NCBI GenBank assembly: GCA_951804945.1 | Contig: OX638159.1 | Location: forward strand, 62,806,001 to 62,870,000 | DNA: 64,000 nucleotides | Origin: Podarcis cretensis | Lineage: Eukaryota | Direction of reading: 5' to 3' | Part shown: in pieces, positions 51,051 to 64,000 of the stretch | Layout: every line of letters starts with the position of its first letter | Numbering within the stretch: the stretch's first letter is position 1 | Position numbers and translations under genes: made by a program | The notes under the pieces: model-generated | The model's input: the letters and a program-made list of their open reading frames with translations, nothing else | Database searches by the model: none | What the model was told of the DNA's origin: nothing

Positions 51051-52708
51051 AAAGTACTTATTAATTGCATCTAAATATATTCTTCCCTTGTTACTTTAGC
51101 TTCTCTCCACTCTTCTTCTTCTCCATTTCCTCATGTCTCCTCTCAAGTCGAGATTGGACAGAGACTCCCCACTCCCCCCCAAAAAGCCCCATCCATCCAT
51201 AGAGAAGAGTAAAAAAAGAAGAATAAATAAAAAGCTAGGGTGTGGGTGGGTGTGTGAGACACATCAGCTTTTTCTCCTTCTTTTATTTTTATTTTTTTTA
51301 CTGTTCTCTTATTTTACACCCCTTCATCACAAACAGGTTAGGATAAAAAAAAGAGAGAGAATATACCTTAGTTAAGCTCAGGGTTTTTTTCTATAGCTAC
51401 GGCAAAAGCAAATATTCCTTTTGACACCATATCCCCAGGTGCTTATAAGGCAAAGTGCTTTATTGCACCTCTTGCTCTGGGAGAAGAGAAAATGAAGCAT
51501 GAAATAAGAAATATGCTTGCAGAACAATATTCATTGGACACTGATAAGGCTGTACAGAAGCAGGGAGGAAAAAGGATTCCATTTCTCCCTCTTCTCCCCC
51601 CCCCCCCCGCAAAAAAATCCAAGCACACACTTCGTGCAGTTTTTGCCAATGGTTCACCAACATACTTCTCTTGGCTTCCCTTGCACCTCACCTTCCTGGG
51701 TGCCAGAGTTGTGTGGATCTTACCAAACCCATCCAGCAGAACATTTTTACACCTGTTCTCCCGCTCAGCAATTTTCCAAGCTAGAGAATTCTTCTTTCCC
51801 TGTTGCTTAGCTCTATCAAGCTGGCCAGTCAGAGGTAATTGCAAATGTAGCTGATAGTCTTAAAAGCTCCTTTTTTATTTTTATTTTTAAAGTATTTTAT
51901 AAAGAAACCCAACTGTGCCTTGCATGAAGATTAACTGCTCTTTCTGCAGGCAGCACAAAAAGGAGCCTTGAATTGTGTGAGGAAGCCAGAGGAAGCCCAG
52001 ATACACCTACACAGAACAAGCATGGTCCTCCATAAAGCCATTTTCTTTCTCCAGTTAATAAGGTTAATCAAACCTCATTTCAGACACTGCAGGCCAGCAA
52101 TCACTAGCCAAATATTAAGGCATAGACGCAGGCACTTTTAAAACTTCTAGTTTTCCTTGGAGTTGATAAACAAGGGCAACAGTCTCTCCGCTTCTGATTC
52201 CTATTATTTTCAGGTAGACAAGCTAGCCAACTTCCAAACCATCTTCTAATTTCAGGGACTAACCAACCTTGTTGCAGGAATGCCCTGACACTATGGGCAA
52301 GAGGACCTAGCTCAATGGGGATAGATCCAGGCCGTCCCCCTGCATCTTCAGCTAAAGGATCTTCCTGTTTGATCTGTCACAACCCCTCCTTATCCAGAAC
52401 CCTGGAGAGCCAGTGGCTGGGAGCTCCTGGGTGCCCTTGCTTGTGGACTTGCAAAAACATCTGGTTGCTCTTGAAAAGGAAATGCTTGAACCTTACTATG
52501 GAAGGCAGTTCTTGTGCCCTTGCTAGGTAGGAGGGACCTAACTCAGTACAGAACAGCCTTCTCTACTGCAGCCCAATAACAATTGACACAACTTGTTTTA
52601 GTTGCCCAAAACTAAAATGTTCAAAGAGATGGTGTGAGTTCAAAGAAAAAGCCCAGCCTGAGCTAACTAAAAGCCCTGAAGTTCACTCAGGATAGCATTC
52701 ATCTAGTA

Positions 52709-52946
52709 CAGTGGTACCTTGGTTCTCAAACGGATTAGTTGTCGAACAAATCGGCTCCCGAACGCTGCAAAACCGGAAGTGTTCCGGTTTGCCAATGTTT
52801 TTGGGAAGCCGAACGTCCGACGCGGCTTCCACTTAAGTGCACGAAGCTCCTGCAGTCAATCAGAAGCGGTGCCTTGGTTTTTGAACGGTTTCAAGAGTCG
52901 AACGGACTCCCAGAACGGATTAAGTTCGAGAACCAAGGTACCACAG
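52709..52946. mobile_element. pogo/Tigger-like MITE (family related to 5174-5424)
   Basis: TA|CAGTGGTACCTTGGTTCTC...GAGAACCAAGGTACCACAG|TA. Confidence 0.88.
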
Positions 52947-55014
52947 TAAAGATGTTGCTGCACATACCCTTTCCAGAGGGATTAGCTATTTGTCCAGCCT
53001 GACAGTGCCTCCTTCCCCAGCTGGGCGGAGGAGACATCTGAGTAATGTTTTAACTTCAGGTACAAGAGTGGATCTGGTATCAGGCATATGGTACTGTGCC
53101 ACAACTGCGCTGCCCATCCCAAGACCAACAGAAGCAGAATAAATTATGCCAATTAAGGGGGAAATTCTGCCTGCCTCCTCAATTTATACAGGTTGCAGAA
53201 GTGGGGTTTTCTTTCCACAGAATTTGGGTATATAGATTTTTGATTTTTTAAAAAAAGATTTGAAATATGTGGGGGAGAAATGATTTTGAAGTTACATGCA
53301 AAGTCAAAGCTTGAAAGAAAATCCAAGTCACCAGGAGATGTTCTTTTTTTAAAAGGGGGGGGGAATGTCTTACAGAGAAAGGTTTGCGTGACTTCCTTCA
53401 TTTGGATTTAAATTAAGGATTCTTGATTGAAAAGAGCTGTAATTGAGTCAAATCTCAACAGATGCCTTAAGTTCTGCATTTAGCATCCAAGAAAGGCATC
53501 TGATGCTCAGCAGGTAACTTGCATATCCTATGGGGAAAGCCAGCTATGAAGGCACCATCAAGGGGTCATTGAATTGTTCGTGCCCCTTAAGGCAGCAACT
53601 CAAGAGCCTCGTCTCTATGCAAGGCAAGGGAAGCCAGCAGTCTCACACCCTCTCAAACTTGAGGAGCTACTAATCCCCACCCTGTGATGCTTTTGCACAC
53701 TTTCTGGTCCCCAGGGCAAATACTCAGGATGACAGTGATCCTGCCCACCCCACCCCCTTCTCTCTCACTCAAGAGATCTGCGCACAAGTCTTTGCCTCCC
53801 CTGTTACAAATGGAGGACAGAAGGACAACACAGTATTGTTTGCATTAGAGTTGGCAATCTAATAAGAAGCCACTATGCCTGGGGAAAAAAAATAGGGAAA
53901 GGTTTAAATCTTTTATTAGTGATTTGCTTGAATAATACATCAGACTTGCTCTAATGCAATAGACCATGCGAGATACCCAGGGATTTGCCAGGGACTCGCT
54001 AGTCAAGAGAGGTTTCATGTAAAAAACCCATACCAAAAAAAAGATATAAGTTATAAAAGGAGCCCAGAGATAATCTCAGTAATTTCAGGGCATTTATTAC
54101 CTACCGTTACAGCACATCCCTGACAGTAGTGATGGCTGAAGCACTGGGAATATACAGTACAAACAAAGAAATGCCTCAAAATTGCTGAGCTTATCTGAAA
54201 TTATTCTCTCTTTTATTGGCTGGTGGGGGAAGGGATGCTTGCATCTGTACCTTCAGTCTCCTTCAACTCTGCTTTAGTCTCATTCCAGGAGGCAGGCAGC
54301 CCCTTCTCCAGTGGGAACAAAGTCAAAAGCTCGATTCATATTTTAAATCAAAAGGGACAGAAATTTATGATGCTAACACAGTTGATAAAGCCTCAAATGT
54401 CAAAGCATCAGCTAATTAGCAGAGGGACAGTCAGCACAGGGGGTATGTGATGCCTTCACCTGTCTCACACAAAGAAACAGGAAAGATGTATTGCTGTTTA
54501 TCCCTTGAACCATCATGGCTAAGCTATTTTAAGGATGCCCAGTTTGAAATTATGAATCCATTTGGTAATGCAAAAATCCAGGATTCTAAGCCATGTTGGC
54601 GCGTAAGAAAAACTCCGAAATTCTTATTACTGGGAGAACCAAAATGTCACAAATAACTGGAAGCTTTCAAGTCCTCCAGAACTCTTTGTCTCAGGGGGAG
54701 GGGAGTTGGCTGGTGTAGAAATCTGCACTGAGTCACAGCCCTAAGATGCAACGCAGATGGAAGCTAGCACACATTCCAATGAGGCTCCACTATGCAGGTT
54801 TCAGGCCACACCTAGGAATTCTGGGATGAACAATGGTTGGTTCCCCATTCTTGAACTATAATATCCAGCTGTTGCCCAGACCCACTCTTCAACCTAGGCG
54901 AAACACCAAGAATCTATAGTTGGTGGTAAGCAGAAGTAAACCATGTAGTTTTGATATTCACAAAGCTGTAGACTAATTTTAGATGGTGTGCTGGGTAGAG
55001 AAAAATGTCAACAG

Positions 55015-55398
55015 AAACCTAATTGCAATGTTTTGTACATGGGGCCACCTATTAAAATGGTCTGGAAACTGCAGTTGGTCAAAAGCAGAGCCCCAAAAAT
55101 TATTAACTGGAACTGGGCAGTTTGGCCATGTTATGCCAGTGGCTTCTCAGCTGCACTGGCTCTCAGTTTGCAGGCCCAATTTAAAGAGCTGGTTCTAACC
55201 ATTAAAGCCTGCTTTGATCCTGTTTCCCTAAGAGGCAGCCACCTCATGTACCTGTCAAGGCCTTAAGATCCTGTCCACAGCTGCCTAACAAACTGAAGCA
55301 TCTTTTCTGCTCATTAACCACATTAACATAAACTTGTTTGTTTATTTACTACATTTATAAACCATCCTTCGGCCAGGGCACCAAAATGGTTTACAATT
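55015..55398 (+). mobile_element. Old L2 3' fragment
   Basis: NCNVLYMGPPIKMVWKLQLV...QLHWLSV..QFKELVLTIKA. Confidence 0.7.
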
Positions 55399-55404
55399 TT
55401 AAAA

Positions 55405-55407
<3 letters not shown>

Positions 55408-55437
<30 letters not shown>
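55408..55437. repeat. (TA)n microsatellite
   Basis: Perfect TA run. Confidence 0.97.
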
Positions 55438-55440
<3 letters not shown>

Positions 55441-55807
55441 ATTTAACGTAAAGTTGGTCTGGGTGGGGGGTGCAGTCCAAGTGCCTTTGTCTGCATCCTT
55501 CATTCCCTTCTTTCTTCTCATGGGGCTTCTTGGCCTGGGTTGAACTTTGCCTTTCAACTTCATTTTTACCAATCCCCTCTGTTTGGGAAAGCCTCCTCTC
55601 TTGAAGTCAAATGTGACCATGTTGGATTTTCTTAGCAATTGCATGTATGTTGGATTTGGTAGCACTATGGGACACTGTTCCCAATTGGTCCAACAACGCT
55701 CGCATCTCATGCTAGGTCCTGGGCACCACTTAAGATTTACCCCAGGGTTATTAGCCCTCTGCTTGTGGTTCAATGACCAATGGTTTTATGTCATTAAATA
55801 CATCTGG

Positions 55808-55885
55808 AATCAAAGAATCATAGAACTGTAGAGTTGGAAGGGACCCTGAGGATCATCTAGGCCCACCCCCTGCAAGACAGGAATT
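55808..55885 (-). mobile_element. CR1 3' terminal fragment
   Basis: agaatcatagaactgtagagttggaagggaccctgaggatcatctag. Confidence 0.8.
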
Positions 55886-56039
55886 TCAGCTCTTTCTCAC
55901 GACTGGAACACACACTCAAGTCTATCTGAGGGTAGTTGAAGTCACTCATTACTGCATGTTTTAGATGCCTCTCCTTTATCTCATTTTCCATATCAAGATC
56001 TCCCTGGGTATTTTGGTCAGGTCCTCAGTACTGCATTAT

Positions 56040-56330
56040 TGAATAATGAAGTAATTCACTACCCTCGATTCTGTGGTGGAGCCTCTCCCTTTGGGGGTTT
56101 CTAGATTGCTGGACTCTGTGCCCTTTTTGACATTCAAAGCAACACCATTGTACACCATCCCCGTTTTTCCTACAGAGTATGTATCCCGAGATAAACATGT
56201 CCCACTGGCTCAGTTCACCAGGATTCAATTATGCCCACCATATCTGTGCTCTCCAAGCACTCCAGCTTGCCCATCTTGGCTTGCAGTTTTCTAGCATTAG
56301 CATATAAACACCTATACACTGTTTCTCTCT
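56040..56330 (-). mobile_element. Old CR1 ORF2 endonuclease-region fragment
   Basis: Minus translation QWDMFISGYILCRKNG.GV resembles the CR1 APE segment W...I.GY.L.R.DR...GGGV. Confidence 0.55.
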
Positions 56331-59300
56331 CCAAATGTCTTTGGCGTGGACATGTAACACTACAGTGCTAAGGCCCCTTTGAATTGCTACTGAAAGCCCC
56401 TGCATACTCAGTGCTTACTTCTACCTCTCATTTGGACCACCATAAATATTCTCTCACACATCCCTTGGGTGTTATTTGCTCCAAACCTGATGCTCCATGG
56501 TGCTCTCAGCTTTCCACCAGCAGTCAGTTTGAAAGCTGCTCTGCCACCTTTCTGATTTTAATTCTGGTTACATCCTGGCCCCAATGGAGCCTGTGCCTCT
56601 TCTACAGGCTCAGCTTGTCCCCAAAATGTTCCCCAGTGCCTAACAAATCCAAACCATGATCTCACCCATACAGTGAGACTACTCAGCTGTATCTGCCTAG
56701 CTACTCCTGCACACAAAACAAGTAGCATTTCAGAGAAAGCTACCTTTGTTGGTCCTGGCTCTCAACCTTCTACCTAGGACCTAAAATCACTTCCAGAGAG
56801 GCACACAACAACATTTTGCCATGTCACAGGTGCCAAGATACAACATGACCATTGACTATTGACTCCTCTCAAGTAGTATCTAGACATGTGTTGTGACACT
56901 TCCTTCTCAGCTTCTCCAAACCAGGAACCTAAGCCTCAAGGGAACAAATTTGCTCCCTGTGCAATGCAATAGGTAGACCACACAGCCCTGTTGCCTTTCT
57001 ATCTAGTGTTGGACACATAGCAACAAAAAAGTCCAAAAGCAAGCAGGCTTCTTCTCTTTTTAAGTTCTTCCATCTCAATTGTGCCATGCGCTCCTCCTCT
57101 GCAGTTTACAATTGCTATTGGTGTCCTTGTTCTAGTGGCCACCCTTTTTATTATATTGTGCATGCACACACATATATCCATACATACGCACAACGTTGCA
57201 AAGGAAGCTGGTGACTATTCACAGTGTAGTGACGGATACATTGAGCAGCAGGTATAACAGTACAGTCTTTTGCCAACCAGCTAAGGGAAAAGACAGACCC
57301 AGCTCAACATTTTAATGAGTGATGCTTACCACCACCTACCCCAGGTATCTTATGAACCCACCGAAACATGGTATGGACCTAGCAGCACCCCAAGCCCTAA
57401 TTCTTTCAGTCCAAGCTGGAGCTGATTCTGTTCTGCACATCTGAAAACTTAACCACACACTATATATTTTATCATTCTTTTTCCTCTCCTCATCCCCTGA
57501 TTTCCCCTACTTGTTCTTTCAAGGGCATTCCCATTAGGAACAAACAGTGTTCTCTCCATTCTCCCCCTTTAAAGCACAGGAAAGATAATCATATCAAGAG
57601 AAACTTATTACTGTTTTCAAATTGTCTCTGCCTCTCAGCAGGCACACTCTCCAGGCAACAGTTTTGCCGCTACATCAGGACTAATTTTTCTCCCCCTCCA
57701 AATGACATTTTGTACTGTGGGTACAGGAGGGAAAAGAGATGAGAGATTTGCAGTCTGGGCTGCAGATGAACCCTCACAAACAAAAACGCAAAACAGGAGA
57801 GCTCAGCCTTCTTTGGCCCAGAATAAAAAGGTTCCGCTTAGAAGAAAAATGTTTCCCAGCGTGAAACAGGTGTGTGCGCCTGTATATTCAAACACAATAT
57901 CCATTTCATGAAGTAGGGTGAAGCCCCTGCTCCTCTCTGGACCTGGATTCATCTTTCCAATTTTTCCTGGCGACCCAAAACGCATCTAGAGAAAGAAATA
58001 TCTCTCATATCTATTGGGATGGGCAGAGCACACACTGTATGATGCTGCCATCTCGTGTCCAAACCTTTCAATAGCAGAGCTCCGGCTGCAGAAAGCGTTG
58101 GCTATTGTCTTTTGAAAAATTCAGATTTTGCCGTAGGATTTGCAAGTCGTCGTCCCCCCCTGCCCCCAAATCTCAGCCATCTGTTTTCTGTCAGGTTAAA
58201 GAAGGAGTGGGGAACCTGTGAACCTCTGTATGTGGTTGGATTCCATTAGCCCTAAGCTAACACAGCCAATGGCCAGGGGTGGTGAGATTTGGGTCACTCC
58301 AGGGTTAAAGTTTTAGCCTTTTTAAATCAACCTTTCACAAAAATGACTTGAGATCAAGGCCAACAGAAGAAAAGTCTGGGCCTTCCTATTAATTTGCACC
58401 AGATTGAAAAATCTGTATTGTGGCACTGCTAGCAAAGAGGCAGGGTGGCGGCAGCCAAGCCAAGGTTTTAGTGCTTGATCTTCAATACAAGCCCATAGTT
58501 CCACCGAGTTCACTGGGGTTTAAGCAGATATGGTTATGCTGGACTGCAGTCTTGATTCCATTAGAATGACAAAAGGGGTTCTAGATTATATTATTCTATG
58601 CTATTTGTTAAGAAATGTGCAGCGATCAAAAAAGCACATCGCTGCCGGCCACAAATCATGTCAACCATGAGAAGATAATGTCCTCTGATAAGCCACCAAA
58701 GGTACGTAAATGCAATAAATAAATAAATAATCCACTAAAGAAAGCATTTGTGCATTACTGTAGGGCACACACATTGCTTTTAAAAGAGGAATCATTCCCA
58801 AATGAGGCTTCTGGGGGCATGGGAGGAGAGAAAGGATTTCTTAAGATTAGAACTACTTTAAAAGTTTTGTCTCTGAAAAGAGTGATGCTGTGAAATCTGT
58901 TCAGCTTCTGTTATCCTAGTCTGCACTTTGTAATTTGCGTTTTTATTCTATAAATGTGCTTTGATTTGGCAAAAGCGGCGCACAGACAAGCAAAACCACA
59001 TGCTGGTTCTCCAGTCTAACAGGCCAGAACATCTCTGGCTGAAAGGCACGACGGCGTTGCCAGGAAAACAGACAAGTTATCACAACCAGACAACTGCACA
59101 GAGGCTGCTGAACGCACAAAGGAAATTCAACTGCCAAGATGCAGCCGAAGGGAAACGTGTGGCACACAGCACAAGCTCTCCACTGTTCAACCAAAGTCAG
59201 CCTTCCTAGAGCTTAAGCCCATTGCTATGCATGATCCTATTCTGAGTTCACAGGGTGCATAATTCCCCGGGCTTCCACTGCCCTTGCCCAGCACAAAGAT

Positions 59301-59896
59301 CCCACCCGACTCCTCGAGTGCTCGTAAAATGCAGTCAATGTTGAGGGGAGACAGAACGGTTTTCTTTGTCTCTGTGATGGTTCTCCCCCCCCCCCCGAAA
59401 ACCCCCCAGAAACATGGGGGTGTCTCTCCCTTTACAGAAAGCAAAAGCAGCAAAGCCCTTTATAGGCCTTCCACAAAAGCCTGAAATCAAGGCAGCGGAG
59501 TTCTGTGCTCACGTCATATAGGAATCAGTGGGCTGGGCAGAGGGCAACCATAAACACTACTAATGAGAGACAAATACCTGGACTTTTGGGGAAGCATGCA
59601 CAGGACTGGGTGTGTAGGTCAGCAAGCTCTCAACCGGGACATTCATAGTTAAAAAAAAAAAAACATCTGGCTCTACCATTAGTTCACTGGGCAAGCAGCC
59701 ACCTTGCCTATCTGCACTGTAGGGTTGATAATACTGACCCTCCTTACAGGACTACAATGAAGAATTCTTGAAAATGTAGATGAAGCTACTTTAAATACAG
59801 ACAAGGACCTAGCACACAAGAAGGGAAAAAACCCACAGCACAGTGGTAGGGTAATGGCTTTTTGTATGCAGAAGGTACTTGGTTCATTCCCTAGTA

Positions 59897-60138
59897 CAGT
59901 GGTACCTCAAGTTACATACGCTTCAGGTTACATACGCTTCAGGTTACATACTCCGCTAACCCAGAAATAGTGCTTCAGGTTAAGAACTTTGCATCAGGTT
60001 GAGAACAGAAATTGTGCTCCGGTGGCGTGGCGGCAGCAGGAGGCCCCATTAGCTAAAGTGATGCTTCAGGTTAAGAACAGTTTCAGGTTAAGTACGGACC
60101 TCTGGAATGAATTAAGTACTTAACCCGAGGTACCACTG
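59897..60138 (-). mobile_element. pogo/Tigger-like MITE family B, copy 2 (inverted), inserted in a tRNA-derived SINE
   Basis: TIRs CAGTGGTACCTC...GAGGTACCACTG with TA TSD; the flanks gtatgcagaaggtacttggttcattcc / tctgcaggtagggcagggaaagg..gaaaccctggagagctg rejoin as a SINE. Confidence 0.9.
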
Positions 60139-62614
60139 TATCTGCAGGTAGGGCAGGGAAAGGCCCCTCCTTTCCGAAACCCTGGAGAGCTGACCACGAG
60201 ATTCAAAAGTAAAATACTTCTGAAGGCCACATTTCTGGACCCCAATCAGTCTCACTCTTCTTCTTTTGGATATTCATTAGAGTAAGAGGAATTCTAGTTA
60301 TTGCCATTCCATTCTTTTGTCTTTGCTGACAAACCTTTAACATGCTCTCATTTCTTGTACGTTAGCACCGCTGCTTCAAGTAGACACTGCAATATATATT
60401 TTTCAGGCACTAACCTGCAACAAACTGTTGCCCAGGTCCAACAGAAAGAGCTCCCCTCACTCTTCTATGCCAAATAAAAGTTTTCTCACTGACAGCTCAC
60501 CATCCATTTAGAAAGAAATCTGTCTAAATTCAGTTTAACGCATCTCCACTAGGCAATAACCAGCCAGGATGTTATGCCTTGTCTGAATGAAAGATTTCTT
60601 TAAAACATCACAGCCTATAGACTCAAACAGATGTTTAAACTGAAGTGGAATAAGATCCTGCTTCAAACGACAAGATTTGATTTTCTGGATTCCCTTCGGT
60701 TATGCGAAGAATCAGCGTCCAGTACATAAACCTACTTACAGAAAATATCTTACTGCTCCAGAGAGAGATTAAAGCTGGTGCTGGGAGGGCGGGGGGAATC
60801 CAGGAAATCAAAAGACAAAAGCTAGGGAGAACATCTGTACCAATATTCATAAAATCATGTTAGACGGGTTAATACAACAGAGGCATCTGGAGAATTTATG
60901 GACCTAAACACGATTAAGAAAAAGAGAAGAACAAACTCAGAATACCTGCTGGGCCTATGAGAAGGAGAAGGGAATTGTCTTTATATTTATTGAGGTGTAG
61001 GGCTAACGTACAAAAATATGAGAGCCTAATGTGGTTTCCAATAGCAATGTCAGTGGGAAAAATGTCTTTGTAAGATAGAAAGTGGAAAAGATTTAAAAGG
61101 AAACAAGCTGCTGCCGACAGCATCTTGTCTAAAGTGGAATGGGAATGAGCTTTCCTTCCCACCTCTCAGGCCAAAATGCATTGCTCCAACCACACAGTCA
61201 AGACCACAGAATGCTGCTCCCAAATCCTGAAGGATGTGCATGCCTCCTCTCGACTCTCTTTTGTTCCAGTGCACAAAGGGAACCGGCATAAGGAATTCAC
61301 ATGTATATAATATCTAGAATTCGAGAGAAGTCAGTCCTTCAACAGCAGGGCTGAGGAGAAGAGTCTAAGCCCAGGTTTTACAACATACTCCTTTTAAAAA
61401 TGAAATATGGTTTGCTGTGATAGCTTAATTAAACTGGTAAGCAATTGCCTGAGTTGGCTGCAGGTTTCGACTAACCCTGGTTTGGTGTGATGTCTAAACA
61501 AACAAGCCAATGTCATGCTCTGCATCCAGAGGTTGCTGCATCGCAGATATAGGAAGTAAGCTAACAAGTGCGCTGAGATGATGGAAATCCAACCCAGGCA
61601 GACTGGAAACTGGAATAAGATTAAATTAATTGAAATATCACTCAAGCTAAAGGAGCGAAAATGAAATTAACATTATGAAAAACAGGGGATTCAGTATCGG
61701 GTTGACATTTTGTATTCTTGCTGAAAAGTTCTGATTTATTTTTAAAGGCTAGGGGCACTGATTACTAGTGGTGGTGGGGTACCAAGCAAGAGACCATGAG
61801 CTGGGAACAAAGGGGAGATATTAAGTGCCTTGTGCCATGAGATTTAGTGCCCTGAGCCATCATTTTCTGAATCCTTTCCCAAAATCAGGGCTCCTCTGGT
61901 GATTTATTTTTTTTCCCTCCGCAACTATGGCAGCTAGAATGTTGCTCAGCTGTTTAAAACAAAACAAAAAAGGCCTTGCTTACTTCCATGGGACTTACCA
62001 TAAGATCACAACAATAGTGTTGAGACAATGCCGAAAGTAGGTTATAGACAAAAATCTACATAAACAGAGTTAAGTTTTAGTTGACAATGTCCTCCTAGCT
62101 ACTTAACTGTGTTCTCTGCTACAACCGATAGTGGAGATCCCTCCCAATGTGAGAACACTGAACTTGATGATATACTATCCTGAATAGGTCCTGGCACAAT
62201 GCAGGGTGGAAAGTCTCCAAGGAACAGCATCCACCGAGGTGAAATGCATCACAGCATCTGTAAGAATATCTGCTACATCCTTCTTCCACAATGAGAGGCT
62301 CGTTCTTCCAGGGAAGTGTTTTTGACAGTCAGATGAGACAGCAAATGAAAAAGCAACCAAAGCTATTAGTGGCTTGCTTAGAACTTGTTCAGCATGAAGA
62401 AAAAGAAGGAGGAACCATAAGTCATAAGATACATGAATGGTTGCCATAAGGAAAATGGAGGCACATAGCTTTCCTCATCTAAGGAATAAAACTGCTGCTT
62501 TGAGTTATTTGGGATGGACACCAGGAAGTTTTTAAGAGATGGGGCCATAAATCAAAAGTCCTCCTAAGAATCAGCACAGAATCCAGAAGGCAGATTTCTG
62601 CTAATTCCAACCAA

Positions 62615-62770
62615 AGGTCTTTAAGCAGAGGCTTGACAACCATATGTCAGGAGTGCTCTGATGGTGTTTCCTGCTTGGCAGGGGGTTGGACTCGATGGCC
62701 CTTGTGGTCTCTTCCAACTCTATGATTCTATTCTATTCTATTCTATTCTATTCTATTCTATGATTCTATT
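62615..62770 (+). mobile_element. Short CR1 3' insertion with expanded (ATTCT)n tail and TSD
   Basis: Same young CR1 3'UTR as at 15460-15578; flanked by tttctgctaattccaaccaaa / tttctgcaaattccaaccaaa. Confidence 0.9.
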
Positions 62771-64000
62771 CAAAGCTTTTCTGCAAATTCCAACCAAACT
62801 GCTAATTCCAATTGCATCACTTACGTATATTATAGGATCCTTACCTGAAAAAAAGTCCAAATAGTACCAGCATCTAATTCACATTTTACATTCAGGCTTT
62901 GGAGATGAAAGGAGCTCCCCAGAGTTTGGGTAAGGTTGCTGAGGAATACTGCAGCTCCTTTGTTCCACTAGGTTTTCCCTAGAGTTCCCTGGCACCTTCA
63001 AAATCATGTATAGGGGGCATTTGCTTAGCTCTGTCTGAGCTGTAATTAAAACTGCAACTTAAACTAAATGGACAAATAGTTAACACTCTAAGAAAAGGGA
63101 GTTAACAGCAATTCCAAAGAGTTTTAAACAAATTACAATTTGCTTTTTTAAAAACTAGCTTTTCGGAAATATTTGTATCGCTTGGGACAAAGTCTGAAAA
63201 GTTATGTGACATATCAAGTTTCTTTGATAGGAGAGACTAATAACCCAAGCAAAGTTACATAATATAAAAATGGAAATAAAATTTAATATCTATAATTTCA
63301 TGTTTATGTATGCTTGTCCAGATCACAAAAAAGTGATAGCAAAACCTAAATCAATATGACCTGCAAAGCTGGGATATTAACCAATGAAATGTCTATTTTC
63401 AGACTGGTCCCAGGGAAATTATTACAACTAGTTACAGAAATTAAAGATGTGTGAAGGTGCCTTCTGATAAGCTCAGGATTATTGCCATAAAATATATTTG
63501 CAGAATATAAATTATTGTATGTTCTCAGGTGTTCCAATGAGATATTCTAAGGAGGCTTCTTTCAAAACATTTAACACTTATTCCGTCGCTTTTGAGGCAA
63601 TAATGTTAGGGTTGTCAGCTTTATTGACAGACATCAAAAAGCTAAGGAGAATTAAACATGTAAGACTTAATCCTGTATCACTGCTTCAATGTAGAACAAA
63701 ACTGCAAAAATGAACATTTGAAGAGCTGCAGAGCACATACTGTATCTTTTACAGCATTTTATCTTAAAGATGAATATAATAAACGAGTTATTTCGGGGAC
63801 TGAGACGGATGTTCTCCAGCCAACTTTTTTTTTCTTCTTTTTTTCAGAAGAAAAGGGTTTGCAGGTGGCAGAAACATTTCCCATATCAACACCCCCCCCC
63901 AAAAAAAGCTTGCCATTTTTATACAGGTTTGCTGCTGTTCACAGCCCCACTTGACTACAGCTTCTGTATGAAAAATAGCCCTGCTTCTTAGTAACAGTGA

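Overview
Vertebrate genomic DNA from a squamate reptile, most likely a lacertid lizard, judging from Sauria/Squam1 and Squam3 SINEs and squamate-type CR1, L2, Rex1, RTE-X, Penelope, hAT and pogo/Tigger elements. It has one 128-N assembly gap (36459-36586). The window appears to lie entirely inside one large minus-strand gene, KIAA1328 (hinderin). I can identify only one coding exon (26403-26530, 128 nt). Its upstream intron ends in a minor-spliceosome (U12) signature, TCCTTAAC...AC, and appears to be >37 kb long. The rest is intronic: transposon debris, often nested, plus AT-rich TE-free blocks that may be conserved non-coding elements. Nearly all ORFs in the supplied track are spurious or TE-derived. 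The most notable observations are: (1) a near-identical 417-bp inverted copy of distant sequence from the same gene, fused to the 5' end of an L2 LINE 45 kb away, with the two copies bracketing the exon; (2) a Penelope element carrying a minimal hammerhead ribozyme in the host-transcript sense and a perfect 96-bp fold-back; (3) the very long AT-AC-type intron; (4) a CpG-rich ~117-bp higher-order palindromic minisatellite inside a Tc2/pogo-like element. I see no evidence for a new multi-gene system.
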